Notes: generated by a model not told the origin, from the sequence alone. Shown: positions 44,137 through 54,451, numbered from the stretch's first letter. The stretch: DNA of 64,000 nt from Chthonomonas sp. (GCF_035294505.1 NZ_DATGKU010000174.1:73610-137609), one strand, 5' to 3'. A program made the numbers and translations.

Positions 44137-46026
44137 ATGTACCCAAACATCCAAGAAGTCCTTCTGCCCTTCCAACCCAATAAAATCGCGTTCGAGAAGC
44201 TCCTCCTCAAGGAAGCATACCCCGCACCCGTCGACGGCTTCAGCTTCTTCTTCTTTAAACACCATACCCTCGAACACGGACACTTCTTCTCTTTCCTCCC
44301 ACCACAATACCTCGACACCTTCGACTGGGATACTGATGACCACTGGACGGATTTCTGTGCCTTCCTTAGCCCTCGAATATCCGACCTACAAACCTTGAGC
44401 GAAATCGAAAGCCAGACGATACGGGCAAAAGGACACCACCATCAACGCATCGTCTCCCAATGGCTTGCCCATCACCCCCAAGCCTGCATCCTCTGGCAGT
44501 ACGGCGACCCCGATTTCCCAAAACAGATTGCCCCCTTTAACTACCTCCTCTCCTACGATGCCGACCTCTATCTGCTCCTCACACACCAACAGTTCCGCAC
44601 CTACGGAGAGAACGCCATCGGCAGAACACGATCTGTCAACTTGGGCGGTTACCCCTCCTTCTTTGTTCTCACCCTCCTCCCGCCCCATTTCCCCCAACAA
44701 CCTAGCCCCGCGGCCCTCACCATTCCCCCCGATGTCCTCGAATTTATGGCCGCCCACACCCAACTCCTCGGACTGGCAGGGGTCTTTCAAGGAACCGTAG
44801 ACATCCTCTGGCAACGAGACCCCCAACCTCGCTATCCCTTCACCCCACGCTACGGCCTCTGCACCGGTGCCTCCCCTACAGGACATCTCACCACCCTCAA
44901 CGGAGGCCAAGCCCAACAAGGACTCCTCCTCAATCTCTCCCCTAACCAACCCCCACAAATCGTCCATCCCTTTGCAGCAGACCCTGCAGGCCAACCGGTA
45001 GCCGGCCTCCGAAGGGCCCCCAACGGCACCCTCTACGGCATTACCCTCCGAGGAGGAGACTTCGATACCGGAACCCTCTACGCCCTCGACCCCAACACCC
45101 AAACCGTCGAGGTGCTCTACCAAGGAGAAGAGGGAGGGCCACGACACCCCATCGGATTGCCGGTCTGGACGGAGGAGGGAGGCCTCTACGGGGTGAGTTT
45201 GTTCGGAGGCCAACACAATGCCGGCACCCTGTATCGCTTCGACCTGCAGAGCAAACAGATGCAGATACTGCACAGTTTTGCGGGGCCGGAGGGCGCCCAT
45301 CCGTTGGAGGCACTGGTTTTAGGAGCGGATGGCTGGCTGTACGGCATGACGGATGCCGGAGGGGAGCATGGGGAGGGGGTGCTGTTCGGCTACCACATCC
45401 CCCAAAGACGCTTCGAGGTTTTATGGCACCTGTGCAGAACTCCTCTGAGCAGGAAAAAGGCCAAGCAAAACCGGTCAAAGGAAGTCCCTACAACCTACTC
45501 TTCGGACATAGTAGGAGGTGCCAGTCTGTTATGGCACCCACAGGGCGCCTTGTACTATCCTTTTAATCAATTTGTTAATCTGTTTGGTCAAGAGAGGTCC
45601 GCAGATTCCTCTTCCTCGGAGGGCACGCCATCGGGTTCTGTGCAGGAACGGAAGGTCTATCGTTATTGGGTGAAGGAGCGTCGTTGGGAGCGAGTGGTTT
45701 TTGTGCTTGGGGAGGAGCCGGTGAGTTGGAGGGATTATCATAGCTGGTCATGGTTTCTGGGTACGGACGGGCGGATTTATGGGACTGATGGTCGTGTGAT
45801 TTATCGTTGGGAAGTGGGAGAAGAGGAGGGGGAGATACTGTATCGTTTGCCGTATTATAAGCGGAAGGAGGAATATGGGAAGGGTGAGGCGATGCATGGG
45901 ATAGGGGATTTTGTGTTTGGGGAGGACGGTTATGTGTATGCATGGAACTGGCACTATGTGTATGGTTTGAACATGCAAACGGGGGAGTGGCGTCTCTTGC
46001 TGCGGTATGATGAGGCAATAGAATAG
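44137..46026 (+). CDS. Hypothetical protein with GTLYG-type beta-propeller-like tandem repeats. Gene shows extreme intragenic GC-skew flip
   Basis: ORF track 44032..46026. The ATG at 44137 follows a TATAAT box (44097-44102). Repeats GTLYGITLRGGDFDTGTLYALD / GGLYGVSLFGGQHNAGTLYRFD / GWLYGMTDAGGEHGEGVLFGY. See finding for the compositional anomaly. Confidence 0.45.
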   Translation: MYPNIQEVLLPFQPNKIAFEKLLLKEAYPAPVDGFSFFFFKHHTLEHGHFFSFLPPQYLDTFDWDTDDHWTDFCAFLSPRISDLQTLSEIESQTIRAKGHHHQRIVSQWLAHHPQACILWQYGDPDFPKQIAPFNYLLSYDADLYLLLTHQQFRTYGENAIGRTRSVNLGGYPSFFVLTLLPPHFPQQPSPAALTIPPDVLEFMAAHTQLLGLAGVFQGTVDILWQRDPQPRYPFTPRYGLCTGASPTGHLTTLNGGQAQQGLLLNLSPNQPPQIVHPFAADPAGQPVAGLRRAPNGTLYGITLRGGDFDTGTLYALDPNTQTVEVLYQGEEGGPRHPIGLPVWTEEGGLYGVSLFGGQHNAGTLYRFDLQSKQMQILHSFAGPEGAHPLEALVLGADGWLYGMTDAGGEHGEGVLFGYHIPQRRFEVLWHLCRTPLSRKKAKQNRSKEVPTTYSSDIVGGASLLWHPQGALYYPFNQFVNLFGQERSADSSSSEGTPSGSVQERKVYRYWVKERRWERVVFVLGEEPVSWRDYHSWSWFLGTDGRIYGTDGRVIYRWEVGEEEGEILYRLPYYKRKEEYGKGEAMHGIGDFVFGEDGYVYAWNWHYVYGLNMQTGEWRLLLRYDEAIE

Positions 46027-46141
46027 ACAATGCTACTTCCATCCCGCTGCCGGCTTGCCCTGAAGGTTACAGACAACATCCTTCTCGCGAAACAGTATAA
46101 TTAAATGATGAGCTATCATCTGCAGAGGTAAGGACTATCTT

Positions 46142-46696
46142 ATGCACGACCGACAGGCCGCTTGGCAGCTGGTAACCGAATGGACGCAAAGCGAAAGCCT
46201 TCGCAAACATATGCTTGCAGTAGAAGCCGCCATGCGCTTCTATGCGCGCAAATTCGGTGAGGATGAGGAGCTTTGGGGCAATACCGGACTTCTACACGAT
46301 TTTGATTATGAACGCAATCCCGATCCGCCCGAGCACCCCACCGTCGGCATGAAAGTGCTCGCCGAACAGGGCTGGCCTCCGGAGATGATCGAGGCGATCG
46401 GAGGCCATGCGGAGTATCTTCATATTCCTCGCACCACCCTCCTGGCCAAAACTCTCTATGCCGTAGATGAGCTTTGTGGGTTCATTCTCGCCGTGGCCTA
46501 CACCCGTCCTTCTCGCACTTTGGCCGAGGTCGAAGTGAACTCCGTGCTCAAAAAAATGCGGCAGAGCGGCTTCGCCAGAAACGTCAGCCGAGAAGACATT
46601 GTGCGTGGAGCCGAGGAGCTTGGTATTCCTCTTGAAGAGCATATCGCCAACTGCATTGAAGCCCTCCAGTCCATCGCGCCTAGCTTAGGGCTTTGA
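46142..46696 (+). CDS. HD-domain phosphohydrolase
   Basis: LHDFDYE and MLAVEAAMRFYARKFGEDEELWGNTGLLHD (H...HD metal-binding motif). 184 aa. Confidence 0.7.
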   Translation: MHDRQAAWQLVTEWTQSESLRKHMLAVEAAMRFYARKFGEDEELWGNTGLLHDFDYERNPDPPEHPTVGMKVLAEQGWPPEMIEAIGGHAEYLHIPRTTLLAKTLYAVDELCGFILAVAYTRPSRTLAEVEVNSVLKKMRQSGFARNVSREDIVRGAEELGIPLEEHIANCIEALQSIAPSLGL

Positions 46697-46698
46697 AT

Positions 46699-49359
46699 TT
46701 AGGGAGGGGTTAAAAGCTTGTGCCGTTGCATATCGTAAAGAAAATGCACCGGATGGGCTGTATGCAGTATCTGCTTGCCATCTAGATAGACGGCAAACCC
46801 GCGAAAGTCTTTCGCGATATGGCCACCTTCCGCATCGTAGGCGAGGGTGATGTCGTGCCCTCTATAGGCTTGTCCATCTAAAATCCACCAACGCCATGCC
46901 CCATCCGGCAACAGAGGGTCTATTTCAAGAACGTCATCGGCACGCGGAACAAACCCAATGAGGTCGCTGATTAACGGATCGATCCATGTGGAGTGGAAGT
47001 AATCCCGCTGATCGGTTTTCCATTGCCCCGTTTCCCCATTGTAGAACTCGCCCGTCCATGGGTAGAGCGGATTCTGGTTTTTATACTGCGCCTTCGTAAA
47101 CGAGTAGAAAAGCTCGTAAAGCTTCTGACGGGTGAGCGCACAAGGAGCGTAGTGGCGCAGGGTGTTTGTCATCGCCCGCATCACTAAACTATTGGCATGA
47201 GGCCATGTGGGCCCGTTCCACATGCACACGCTTCCTCCAGGGCCAACGGGCCAGCCATCTTGAGAGTAGGCGGGGCAACTCTTTGCCGTAGATGCGATCG
47301 GCCATGGCGTCCAAAAGAGATTGGGGTTCAGCGCCGTTTCCCAAACCGTTTCGTAGCCCTTACCCGCGGGTGGAAGATTAAAAGCGAACGGATAGAGACC
47401 GATCACCTCCAAAGCCGGCGAAGGCGCATCATCTGAAGCCCGTAAGTCCACAAACCAGTGATCTTTTGCATCCCACATTTTCTCGATAACAGCCTCACGA
47501 ATGGCCTTCGCCAACTGTTCCATCTTCTCGGCTTGGGCGTTGCGCCCCAATAACCGGTCAATTTTGGCCACCGCCACCGCATTACCGTAGTTGTAGGCCG
47601 TGAGGTCCACACGGCGCAGCGGAGTCATGTATTTCGGATCGGTGCCTGCTCCGCCTCCGGTCTCATAATGGGCAAACGAAAAGAAGGCTGGCTGCCACTC
47701 CATGCCCGTCCACCAATGGCTATCTACTACCAAAAGCGGACTGCCGCCCCAACCGTAAACCTTCTGCCACCCCTCCACGTTGCGCTCGAGAGCCGGGGCG
47801 ATCTTTGCCAGGAGAGCTTTGTTCGGATGTACCTCGTTCAACCCCCAGGCACAAGAGGTGATCCAGTCTGTGTACTGCCCTCCTTGCTGTCCCTGCAAGG
47901 TTACATGGCTCGGATAGATGCCGTCAGGACGAGGATTGCTTACAAAAGTCAACAGATGCCCCCAACAGTAGGAGGGGTCACGCAACCACCGCGCCTCATA
48001 CATCTGATGCCCGGCCCCGTAAGAGATCACGTTGGCATACCAGTCGGAAGTCCAACGCCCCTCCGAGAAGGCGCGATACATAAGGTGCCCCATGCGTGGG
48101 TTCATGCTGTTCTTTTTCAGTAAGTACCAACGATGGTAATACATTTTCGTTATAAGGGGATCGCTGCAGGCAAAGTAGGCGATGTTCTTGTCAAACCACC
48201 CCTGATAGGCCGCCACTTGCTGTGCTAAAGGATGAATAGAGTGTAATTCAGCCTCTAGCTTCTCGTGCGCACCCGAGCGAGAGGTTGCAAGCGCACAGGC
48301 GAAAAGAAAACGTCTCGCGGTCTTGGCAGGAATTTGCTCGGTAAAACGAATTCCCTCCCCCTTCCCATCGAACCCAACGGCCTCTAACCATACCGGATAG
48401 CCATCTATGCTTCGCATCTCCTTAAAGCGATCGGAGGCCGATTTTAAACCGGATGACATCACGATGGAAAAAGGATGCGCCGTTGTTGAGGGGTTTGTCA
48501 CCCGAATTTCTGCGACCAGCACATCGTTCTGAGTGATCCACTTGTCCCCTTCGATGTGCAATGGAGAGTGAAACTCTTGCTGCTTTGCTTCGGGCGCATA
48601 GTGCGGGTCAAAACCATACAGCCCGGTATATAGATTTGTCCCACGATGATGAAATACCAGCTGCACCCTTTCTGCCAGCTGGGGCGGGTCGAAACGCAGG
48701 GTGTTTTTATCCGGCTTCAGGTCTGTTAAAAGGTGCCCCCAAGGCACCCATCGCCCATGCCGATAGAATAGAACCTCCATCTGCGCCGGCGGCGCACATC
48801 CCCCACCTCGTGGGACGTCGTTGTAAAAATAGAGGTCTAAACCGGTGAGCTTTCGCAAGCCACCCAGAGCGACCGTGTACGTATCCACCCGATGCCCGCT
48901 GGACCAACAAGTCCATCGCTTTTCAGGCACAAAGGGGGGAGTTAACGGATTCTGGGCATTGTCTATAACATAAGTAAAGGAGGCCGTTGCTTTTAACAGC
49001 GTTCCAGGCGCCCCCACCATATGCACATGGCTTGGAGTGTATGTCGCTCTTTGCACGATGTACGATTGACCGTCTGCGGCTACGTCAAGGTCAAAAGCAT
49101 CGAGATTGGTGATGTAAAGTAGCTGCACCCCATCACGAAACGCCCATCCTTGCGGGCTTGTGGCCCAAACACGATCCCCAGAGGCCCCGAAGGGAACCGT
49201 GCTATCATAAGGCCGAGCCAAAATCTTGTCTATCGAAAAACGGCTAGCGGGAAACACACGGTGCGCTAAAGGCTTCGGCGGAAAGCTGGCTTTTGCTCCC
49301 CTACCACAACTGCCGAACAGAAGCAGCGTACCCAGGCAAACAACCCCATATCGTTTCAA
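46699..49359 (-). CDS. Large secreted hypothetical protein (886 aa), possible glycosidase
   Basis: TTG start with AAGGAG 8 nt upstream. Signal peptide (M)KRYGVVCLGTLLLFGSCG. No family confidently recognised. Confidence 0.5.
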   Translation of the reverse strand: MKRYGVVCLGTLLLFGSCGRGAKASFPPKPLAHRVFPASRFSIDKILARPYDSTVPFGASGDRVWATSPQGWAFRDGVQLLYITNLDAFDLDVAADGQSYIVQRATYTPSHVHMVGAPGTLLKATASFTYVIDNAQNPLTPPFVPEKRWTCWSSGHRVDTYTVALGGLRKLTGLDLYFYNDVPRGGGCAPPAQMEVLFYRHGRWVPWGHLLTDLKPDKNTLRFDPPQLAERVQLVFHHRGTNLYTGLYGFDPHYAPEAKQQEFHSPLHIEGDKWITQNDVLVAEIRVTNPSTTAHPFSIVMSSGLKSASDRFKEMRSIDGYPVWLEAVGFDGKGEGIRFTEQIPAKTARRFLFACALATSRSGAHEKLEAELHSIHPLAQQVAAYQGWFDKNIAYFACSDPLITKMYYHRWYLLKKNSMNPRMGHLMYRAFSEGRWTSDWYANVISYGAGHQMYEARWLRDPSYCWGHLLTFVSNPRPDGIYPSHVTLQGQQGGQYTDWITSCAWGLNEVHPNKALLAKIAPALERNVEGWQKVYGWGGSPLLVVDSHWWTGMEWQPAFFSFAHYETGGGAGTDPKYMTPLRRVDLTAYNYGNAVAVAKIDRLLGRNAQAEKMEQLAKAIREAVIEKMWDAKDHWFVDLRASDDAPSPALEVIGLYPFAFNLPPAGKGYETVWETALNPNLFWTPWPIASTAKSCPAYSQDGWPVGPGGSVCMWNGPTWPHANSLVMRAMTNTLRHYAPCALTRQKLYELFYSFTKAQYKNQNPLYPWTGEFYNGETGQWKTDQRDYFHSTWIDPLISDLIGFVPRADDVLEIDPLLPDGAWRWWILDGQAYRGHDITLAYDAEGGHIAKDFRGFAVYLDGKQILHTAHPVHFLYDMQRHKLLTPP

Positions 49360-49476
49360 ACTTCGAGACTCCTTCAGGCTTTTTTGGAAGAAGGTTCGTC
49401 AAACCGCTCCTTCTATCCTGCCGATGTTTGCAGAGACAAGCTCATAAAGAGAAGACCTCAAACCCATGATAGAGCC

Positions 49477-50997
49477 TTAACGTCCCTTTAGCCACCTATC
49501 TCGAAGGGCAATAGCCTCCTCAGCAGCGCCTGGGATGGGTTCACAATCCGCATCTAGTCCTGCATGAGCAAGGCACGCGCCAAAGGGCATCTCTTCCGTT
49601 GTTTGTATCAACCTATTGTAAAAGTCAGATAAATCGCTTGCAGCCACCTCATTGATAGCGTTTCGCAATTCTTCTTCCGTATAGCCAGCATGTGGAGGGG
49701 CATAGCGACGCAAAAGAAGGCGCATTACATCGGCCAGACTTCGCGTGTTGTGCGTCACATAACGCAACTCAAGATCGAGACAAAGACCTATTAACGCACC
49801 CTTATCATAGTAGGATAGCCCCTCGTAGCCTTCACTGTTGCCGGCGTCCCACACATGCCAGCTCGCCTGCTCTGCGCTTACCTGTAGCCGCGCCGGATTG
49901 GCCATGTAGCTCTGAATAGCTCGCCGCCAGTGAGCTAAAAACTGTTGCGGTGTAATGAGGCCCGCACGTAAAATAGATAGCCAAGCGAAATAGTCCGTTA
50001 CGCCCTCCACAAACCACAGGCTGCGTGTATGAGGGGGATGTACGTAGTCGAACGGCCCCAACACCTTCGGACGAATCCGTTTGACATTCCACAAATGGAA
50101 AAACTCGTGGGCGGCGAACGCGGCGAAATCGGTTAAGGTCTCCTCCGGTAGATACACCAAACGCGCTGAGTTTCGATGTTCTAACCCTCCTCCACGGCCA
50201 TCTACATCGAAGTAGAAAATGTATTGCGAATAAGGCAGACCTCCCATCATCTCCCCTTCCGCTTGCACAATACGCTGCAAAGTCTTTGTGAGGGTCTGAG
50301 GCTCCGTTACCTCCTGCGGATGATCGAAAAAGATCACGCGGTGGACAATACCGTCTACCACGAACTGCTGTATCAGCAGGTCGGCAGGCGCAGCGATGAG
50401 AATCGGCGAATCGGTGAGCGCGTCGTAGTCCTCTGCACTATAGACAACACTTTCAGCCGTCTGCTCGGGTGTGAGCGGCACGATCACCTGCCAACCTTTG
50501 GGCGCATCCACCTCGAGTCGAGTAGGGCACTCTTTCTCACCCACCACGTAGAGGAAAGCGGCCGTCCCGCTCACGAAAACCTGGTCGGGCCTTATCTGCA
50601 CGTTCTCACAAAAAATGCCGGGCGGCTCTTGGGGAACTCTATAGGAGATAACGACATCCTCCGCAACATTCGTCTGCACTTGCCAGGTGTTTTCATCGAG
50701 CCGTTTTATAGCCAATGCATGGCCGTATCCGTCTTCCGCCCGCAAACGGGAAACGTATTGGGCAAAATTCTGCACATGGTAGTCGCCCGGACACCACACA
50801 GGCATCTGCAAACAGGGGTTTTGCACTTCGGGCACTCTCAGCGTGATCTCTAAATAAGGCGTGTTGCCCCAAATCGGCTTTAGACGATAGCTAATCGTCC
50901 CCTCGGAGGAGGGGGGCGCCGCCGCATAAGCACCAGCACCTTTTGCGAGTACATAACAAAGAAAAACCCCTATGATATGCCGGCAAACACGCATAGC
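49477..50997 (-). CDS. M61-family glycyl aminopeptidase-like metallopeptidase
   Basis: HEFFHLWNVKRIRP (HExxH...WN) matches the M61 signature as I recall it. Preferred start MRVCRHIIGVFLCYVLAKGAGAYA (signal peptide) at 50997 rather than the tracked 51060. Confidence 0.6.
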   Translation of the reverse strand, partial: AMRVCRHIIGVFLCYVLAKGAGAYAAAPPSSEGTISYRLKPIWGNTPYLEITLRVPEVQNPCLQMPVWCPGDYHVQNFAQYVSRLRAEDGYGHALAIKRLDENTWQVQTNVAEDVVISYRVPQEPPGIFCENVQIRPDQVFVSGTAAFLYVVGEKECPTRLEVDAPKGWQVIVPLTPEQTAESVVYSAEDYDALTDSPILIAAPADLLIQQFVVDGIVHRVIFFDHPQEVTEPQTLTKTLQRIVQAEGEMMGGLPYSQYIFYFDVDGRGGGLEHRNSARLVYLPEETLTDFAAFAAHEFFHLWNVKRIRPKVLGPFDYVHPPHTRSLWFVEGVTDYFAWLSILRAGLITPQQFLAHWRRAIQSYMANPARLQVSAEQASWHVWDAGNSEGYEGLSYYDKGALIGLCLDLELRYVTHNTRSLADVMRLLLRRYAPPHAGYTEEELRNAINEVAASDLSDFYNRLIQTTEEMPFGACLAHAGLDADCEPIPGAAEEAIALRDRWLKGR

Positions 50998-50998
50998 G

Positions 50999-52330
50999 CT
51001 ACTCCTTTTTGGCCGGAAGCCCCATCGGAACCCGTGCCGAAGCCACCTGTGTGGCTGCATACAGTCCGGTTTCTAGCAGTTTCAGCGTCGTTCCTCCCGC
51101 CCCGAGCGGGCGGTTTCGTGCGGTGGCATAGACAATATAGGACCGATCGGGCGACCAGTCCATGTCCGCGCTGTCTATTGTCCCCACCACCCAGTGGCGC
51201 CCTGTGCTGAGATCGAACACGACAACATCAAAGCGAGAGCCATGCGGAGAAAGCGCCCCTACCTTGTCTAGCCCGATCCATTCTGGCGCAAAATAGCCTT
51301 TTCCGTCTCGTGGGCTAATGCGTCGTAGATGCCTGCCCCGCGCATCCACCGTCCATATCTCATACCGATGAAAATTGAGGGCGTCCGGCGTAAGCACGAA
51401 GGCCAGAGCGCGTCCGTCGGGTCTCCATACGATGTCGCCGATCCGCAGAGCGATATTGGAGGAGCGTTGATTTGCCGGCAGCGTCGCGAGATAGTCTCTC
51501 GCGCGTACTCTCACGATCTCAGCAGCCGCACCCTGTTGTGCGCTTCCGGGTTGCAGACGCCGAATCGTCTCGGTGTTAGGCGCGGCGAGAGCATGAACAA
51601 TGCCCTGCCGAAATGCTAAAACGGGTTGGGGGTCGGCACGGGTGGGCAGTGTCGGGCGCCAGACAGGCCAGTCGCTTTGGGTATAGACATCGAAACGAGG
51701 TGGTATCTCCTGTGGCAGCTGATGGGCGTGGAGCGGATGCACAAAAATAGCTCTCTGCCCGTTGATCCCCTCACCGACAAAAGCCACATAACGACCGTCG
51801 GGCGACCATACAGGGGTATGGTAGAAGTAGAAAAGAGAGTGATAGGGCGTCTTATGCAGAGCGAGCGGGGCGAGGGCACCGCTAGCGATATCCAGCAACC
51901 ATAACCCTGTGCCGGGCATCCATGCCCCATCCTCAAACCGAAACCACTCTGTGCGCTCGATGGCGAGCTGACGATCGTTAGGCGACCAAGAGAGCCTATC
52001 GGGGCTACTGTAGCTCTCCCAACTCGCGTCAAACGGTCGATCGGGATTGATCATCTCCGGTCGCAGCAACGGAACCACCCGGTGCAGTCGGGCATCAACC
52101 ACGCATAATTGGTACCGTTCATCAGACAGAGCGCGCAAAAAGGCGATATAACGCCCATCGTGAGACCAACGTGGCGCGATGTCGCAGAAGCTCAAAGGGC
52201 CTGACGCCCTCTCTCTTCGCAAAGACTTAGGGACCCCGCAACTCATCAAACAAAGGAGGAGGAAGAACCAAATCAGCCTCCTTCCTCCTCCCTCTAAAAG
52301 ACGATACCGTTGACTCGTTGGCCAATACAT
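50999..52330 (-). CDS. TolB-like PD40 beta-propeller repeat protein
   Basis: WSHDGRYIAF, WSPDGRYVAF, WRPDGRALAF and DWSPDRSYIVYAT are repeated PD40 motifs. Signal peptide. Confidence 0.65.
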   Translation of the reverse strand: MYWPTSQRYRLLEGGGRRLIWFFLLLCLMSCGVPKSLRRERASGPLSFCDIAPRWSHDGRYIAFLRALSDERYQLCVVDARLHRVVPLLRPEMINPDRPFDASWESYSSPDRLSWSPNDRQLAIERTEWFRFEDGAWMPGTGLWLLDIASGALAPLALHKTPYHSLFYFYHTPVWSPDGRYVAFVGEGINGQRAIFVHPLHAHQLPQEIPPRFDVYTQSDWPVWRPTLPTRADPQPVLAFRQGIVHALAAPNTETIRRLQPGSAQQGAAAEIVRVRARDYLATLPANQRSSNIALRIGDIVWRPDGRALAFVLTPDALNFHRYEIWTVDARGRHLRRISPRDGKGYFAPEWIGLDKVGALSPHGSRFDVVVFDLSTGRHWVVGTIDSADMDWSPDRSYIVYATARNRPLGAGGTTLKLLETGLYAATQVASARVPMGLPAKKE

Positions 52331-52341
52331 AACCGTTTGAA

Positions 52342-53463
52342 CTACTCGCAGGTGAGAATGCGCTTCACCACATCAATTACGTTGGCCACCTCGCCCGACT
52401 CCTGGGCCTGCTGTAACCTATCACGCACGGAATAGATGGCAAGCGCCTTCTTCATTGCGTTTGCAAACAACTCCTTTGAAAGCCGCATCGCACGCACCGG
52501 GTCCATGCGGTAGGTAAACTGGTCTTCACCAAACCAACCATCGTAGCCCGTATCTACCGCAGCATAGCAGAACTCGGCGAGGCGCCAGATGTCGTCGGTG
52601 CCCGTTACACGGTCTTCGTCGTTCGAATTGTACTTTGCGGCATTGATATGGAAGTTGGCAATGGGCACTCCCATTCGCTTCAACAAATAGAGACTATCGG
52701 CAGGCTGGTTGCCCACCATCTGCTCGTGGCCGTAGTCTATCACCACGCCCATTGCGGTCGTCCCCAAGGCCTCGTTCACCGTCTTGGCAACAAGTGCGGC
52801 TTTCGCAGTGGTATTGAGGATCATATTGCCTTCCCGTGGCTCTTTCTGCTTGGCCTCGGTGCCAAACAGCAGGCCATAGCCATTGGCCTTTCGAGCGATC
52901 TCCACGCACCCCTCGATAAACCAATCGAGCTGTTTTCCGTAGTTCACCTCAAAATGGTAGTCCCACCCATCTGAACCGGGCCAAAGCTGCACACTGCGCG
53001 TGCCCACTCGCTTGGCGATCTCCACCGTCTGTAAGCAGTAGTCCAGCGCCTCACGACGACGCCCCGGATCGGGGTTTGTGATGCTGCCCATTCGAAAACG
53101 CGCCCTTGTCCAGATGTTCGTGTTCATGTTGGTCGCGATCAGGTTATGCGCCTGCAGAGCCTCTTTCACAGTACGAATAGCATTATCATCAATTTGAAGA
53201 TGCTCGTCCAGAAACATCTCATTGTTCAACTCGATCCCCTTTATACCGGCCTCCGCCACACGGGCTATCTGCCCCACCGCGCTCTCATCCAGGGGGACTT
53301 CGGCATAGGAACGGCAGAATCGATCGCTGAACCCACCGGCGCACCAGTGGCCGGCAGAGAAGTTGATACCGTAGGTCTCAAAAAACTGGTCTACCCGCTC
53401 CCCTTCGAGATAGCCTCGGAATTGCGAAGAGAGCAGCGCTAGGTTCTCAATGTTGACGCGCAT
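52342..53463 (-). CDS. xylA: Xylose isomerase (class I)
   Basis: FSAGHWCAGG (cf. FTFGLWTVG), EPREGNMILNTTAKA (cf. EPKPNEPRGDILLPTVGHA) and the catalytic GVVIDYGHEQMVG (cf. GVNPEVGHEQMAG) motifs. 373 aa. Confidence 0.8.
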   Translation of the reverse strand: MRVNIENLALLSSQFRGYLEGERVDQFFETYGINFSAGHWCAGGFSDRFCRSYAEVPLDESAVGQIARVAEAGIKGIELNNEMFLDEHLQIDDNAIRTVKEALQAHNLIATNMNTNIWTRARFRMGSITNPDPGRRREALDYCLQTVEIAKRVGTRSVQLWPGSDGWDYHFEVNYGKQLDWFIEGCVEIARKANGYGLLFGTEAKQKEPREGNMILNTTAKAALVAKTVNEALGTTAMGVVIDYGHEQMVGNQPADSLYLLKRMGVPIANFHINAAKYNSNDEDRVTGTDDIWRLAEFCYAAVDTGYDGWFGEDQFTYRMDPVRAMRLSKELFANAMKKALAIYSVRDRLQQAQESGEVANVIDVVKRILTCE

Positions 53464-53793
53464 CGTTGTAGTTCCCCTCTACAGAGTTTGACTTTCTGTA
53501 TGTTTCGCCCTCTGCAAGAGGAGTTCCTGCTTAGGTCTCTTGGAGCATCTCCCATCCCAAAAACCTCTCCAATCCCACAAGCTACCTTTGCGCAGAGGAT
53601 ACACCGGCGAGGCCTACGAGAACCTATCTTCAAAACCAACAAAAGAAGGAATCTCACCGCAGCGATGGCGAAATAGCATTTTGCAAAGAGATGCCGACAC
53701 ATTTCAACCATTGAAACCAAAATCGCGTTTTTTCGATATTCTAAGTGAAGGACGAAAATCGGTGCGAGCGCTCTTTGCAGCGAGGAAAGGCCC

Positions 53794-54408
53794 ATGATTA
53801 CTTTCATTGTGCTGATGTTTACGGGCTTAATCGGGCTTGTGCTCATGGCGCTTCCGGGGTTCCTTCACCATGGCGGTCAGCTCTCCCATGCGGTACACAC
53901 CCCCCATGCGCCGATTGGTGCCCATCACGGGGTTCATCTTCATGCGCCCTCCGTCGCCAAAATCTCGGCAAAGATGGGCAAGCCCAACTGGCTGCGCCTT
54001 GTTCCATCGCCAAGGGCTATCTTTTCCTTTCTGGCGGCCTACGGCGCCTTCGGAGTGCTCTTCATGGCAGGTCTGCACTTCTCGGCAACGCTGTCAGCAT
54101 GGAGCGCCATTCTACCCGCTATTGCCTTTGAACGGTTTGTCCTTCGGCCCTACTGGAACTGGCTCACCAGCTTTGGCGCCACACCGGCCTCTCCGTTAAC
54201 CACTTTGGTGTTTACCGAGGCGGTGGCCGTCTCCAATTTTCAAAACGGCCGAGGCATCGTTCAGGTAGAACACGATGGCCGTGCCGTGCAGATGATGGCC
54301 TATCTCACCCCGGAACAGTGCCATATGCCCGTGCATGTTGGAGACCGACTGCGCGTGGAGTCGGTAGATGAAAAGAAAGAGCGCCTCACCGTTTCGTTGT
54401 CGCATTGA
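53794..54408 (+). CDS. NfeD-like membrane protein (short form with C-terminal OB-fold)
   Basis: TM helices at the N-terminus. C-terminal GRGIVQVEHDGRAVQMMAYL...VGDRLRVESVDEKKERLTVSL resembles the NfeD beta-barrel. Immediately upstream of an SPFH/flotillin gene. Confidence 0.5.
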   Translation: MITFIVLMFTGLIGLVLMALPGFLHHGGQLSHAVHTPHAPIGAHHGVHLHAPSVAKISAKMGKPNWLRLVPSPRAIFSFLAAYGAFGVLFMAGLHFSATLSAWSAILPAIAFERFVLRPYWNWLTSFGATPASPLTTLVFTEAVAVSNFQNGRGIVQVEHDGRAVQMMAYLTPEQCHMPVHVGDRLRVESVDEKKERLTVSLSH

Positions 54409-54451
54409 GATGTCCTCATGACCGTTTGAAATAAAATAAGGAGATAGAAAC

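Noticed and set aside
44386-45300. 304-aa minus-strand ORF (and the 155-aa ORF at 45575..46042) antisense to the repeat-protein gene
   Set aside because: Low-complexity G/E/V-rich translations. They are artefacts of the extreme strand skew, which removes stop codons from several frames. The + strand ORF has recognisable repeats and a promoter/start context.
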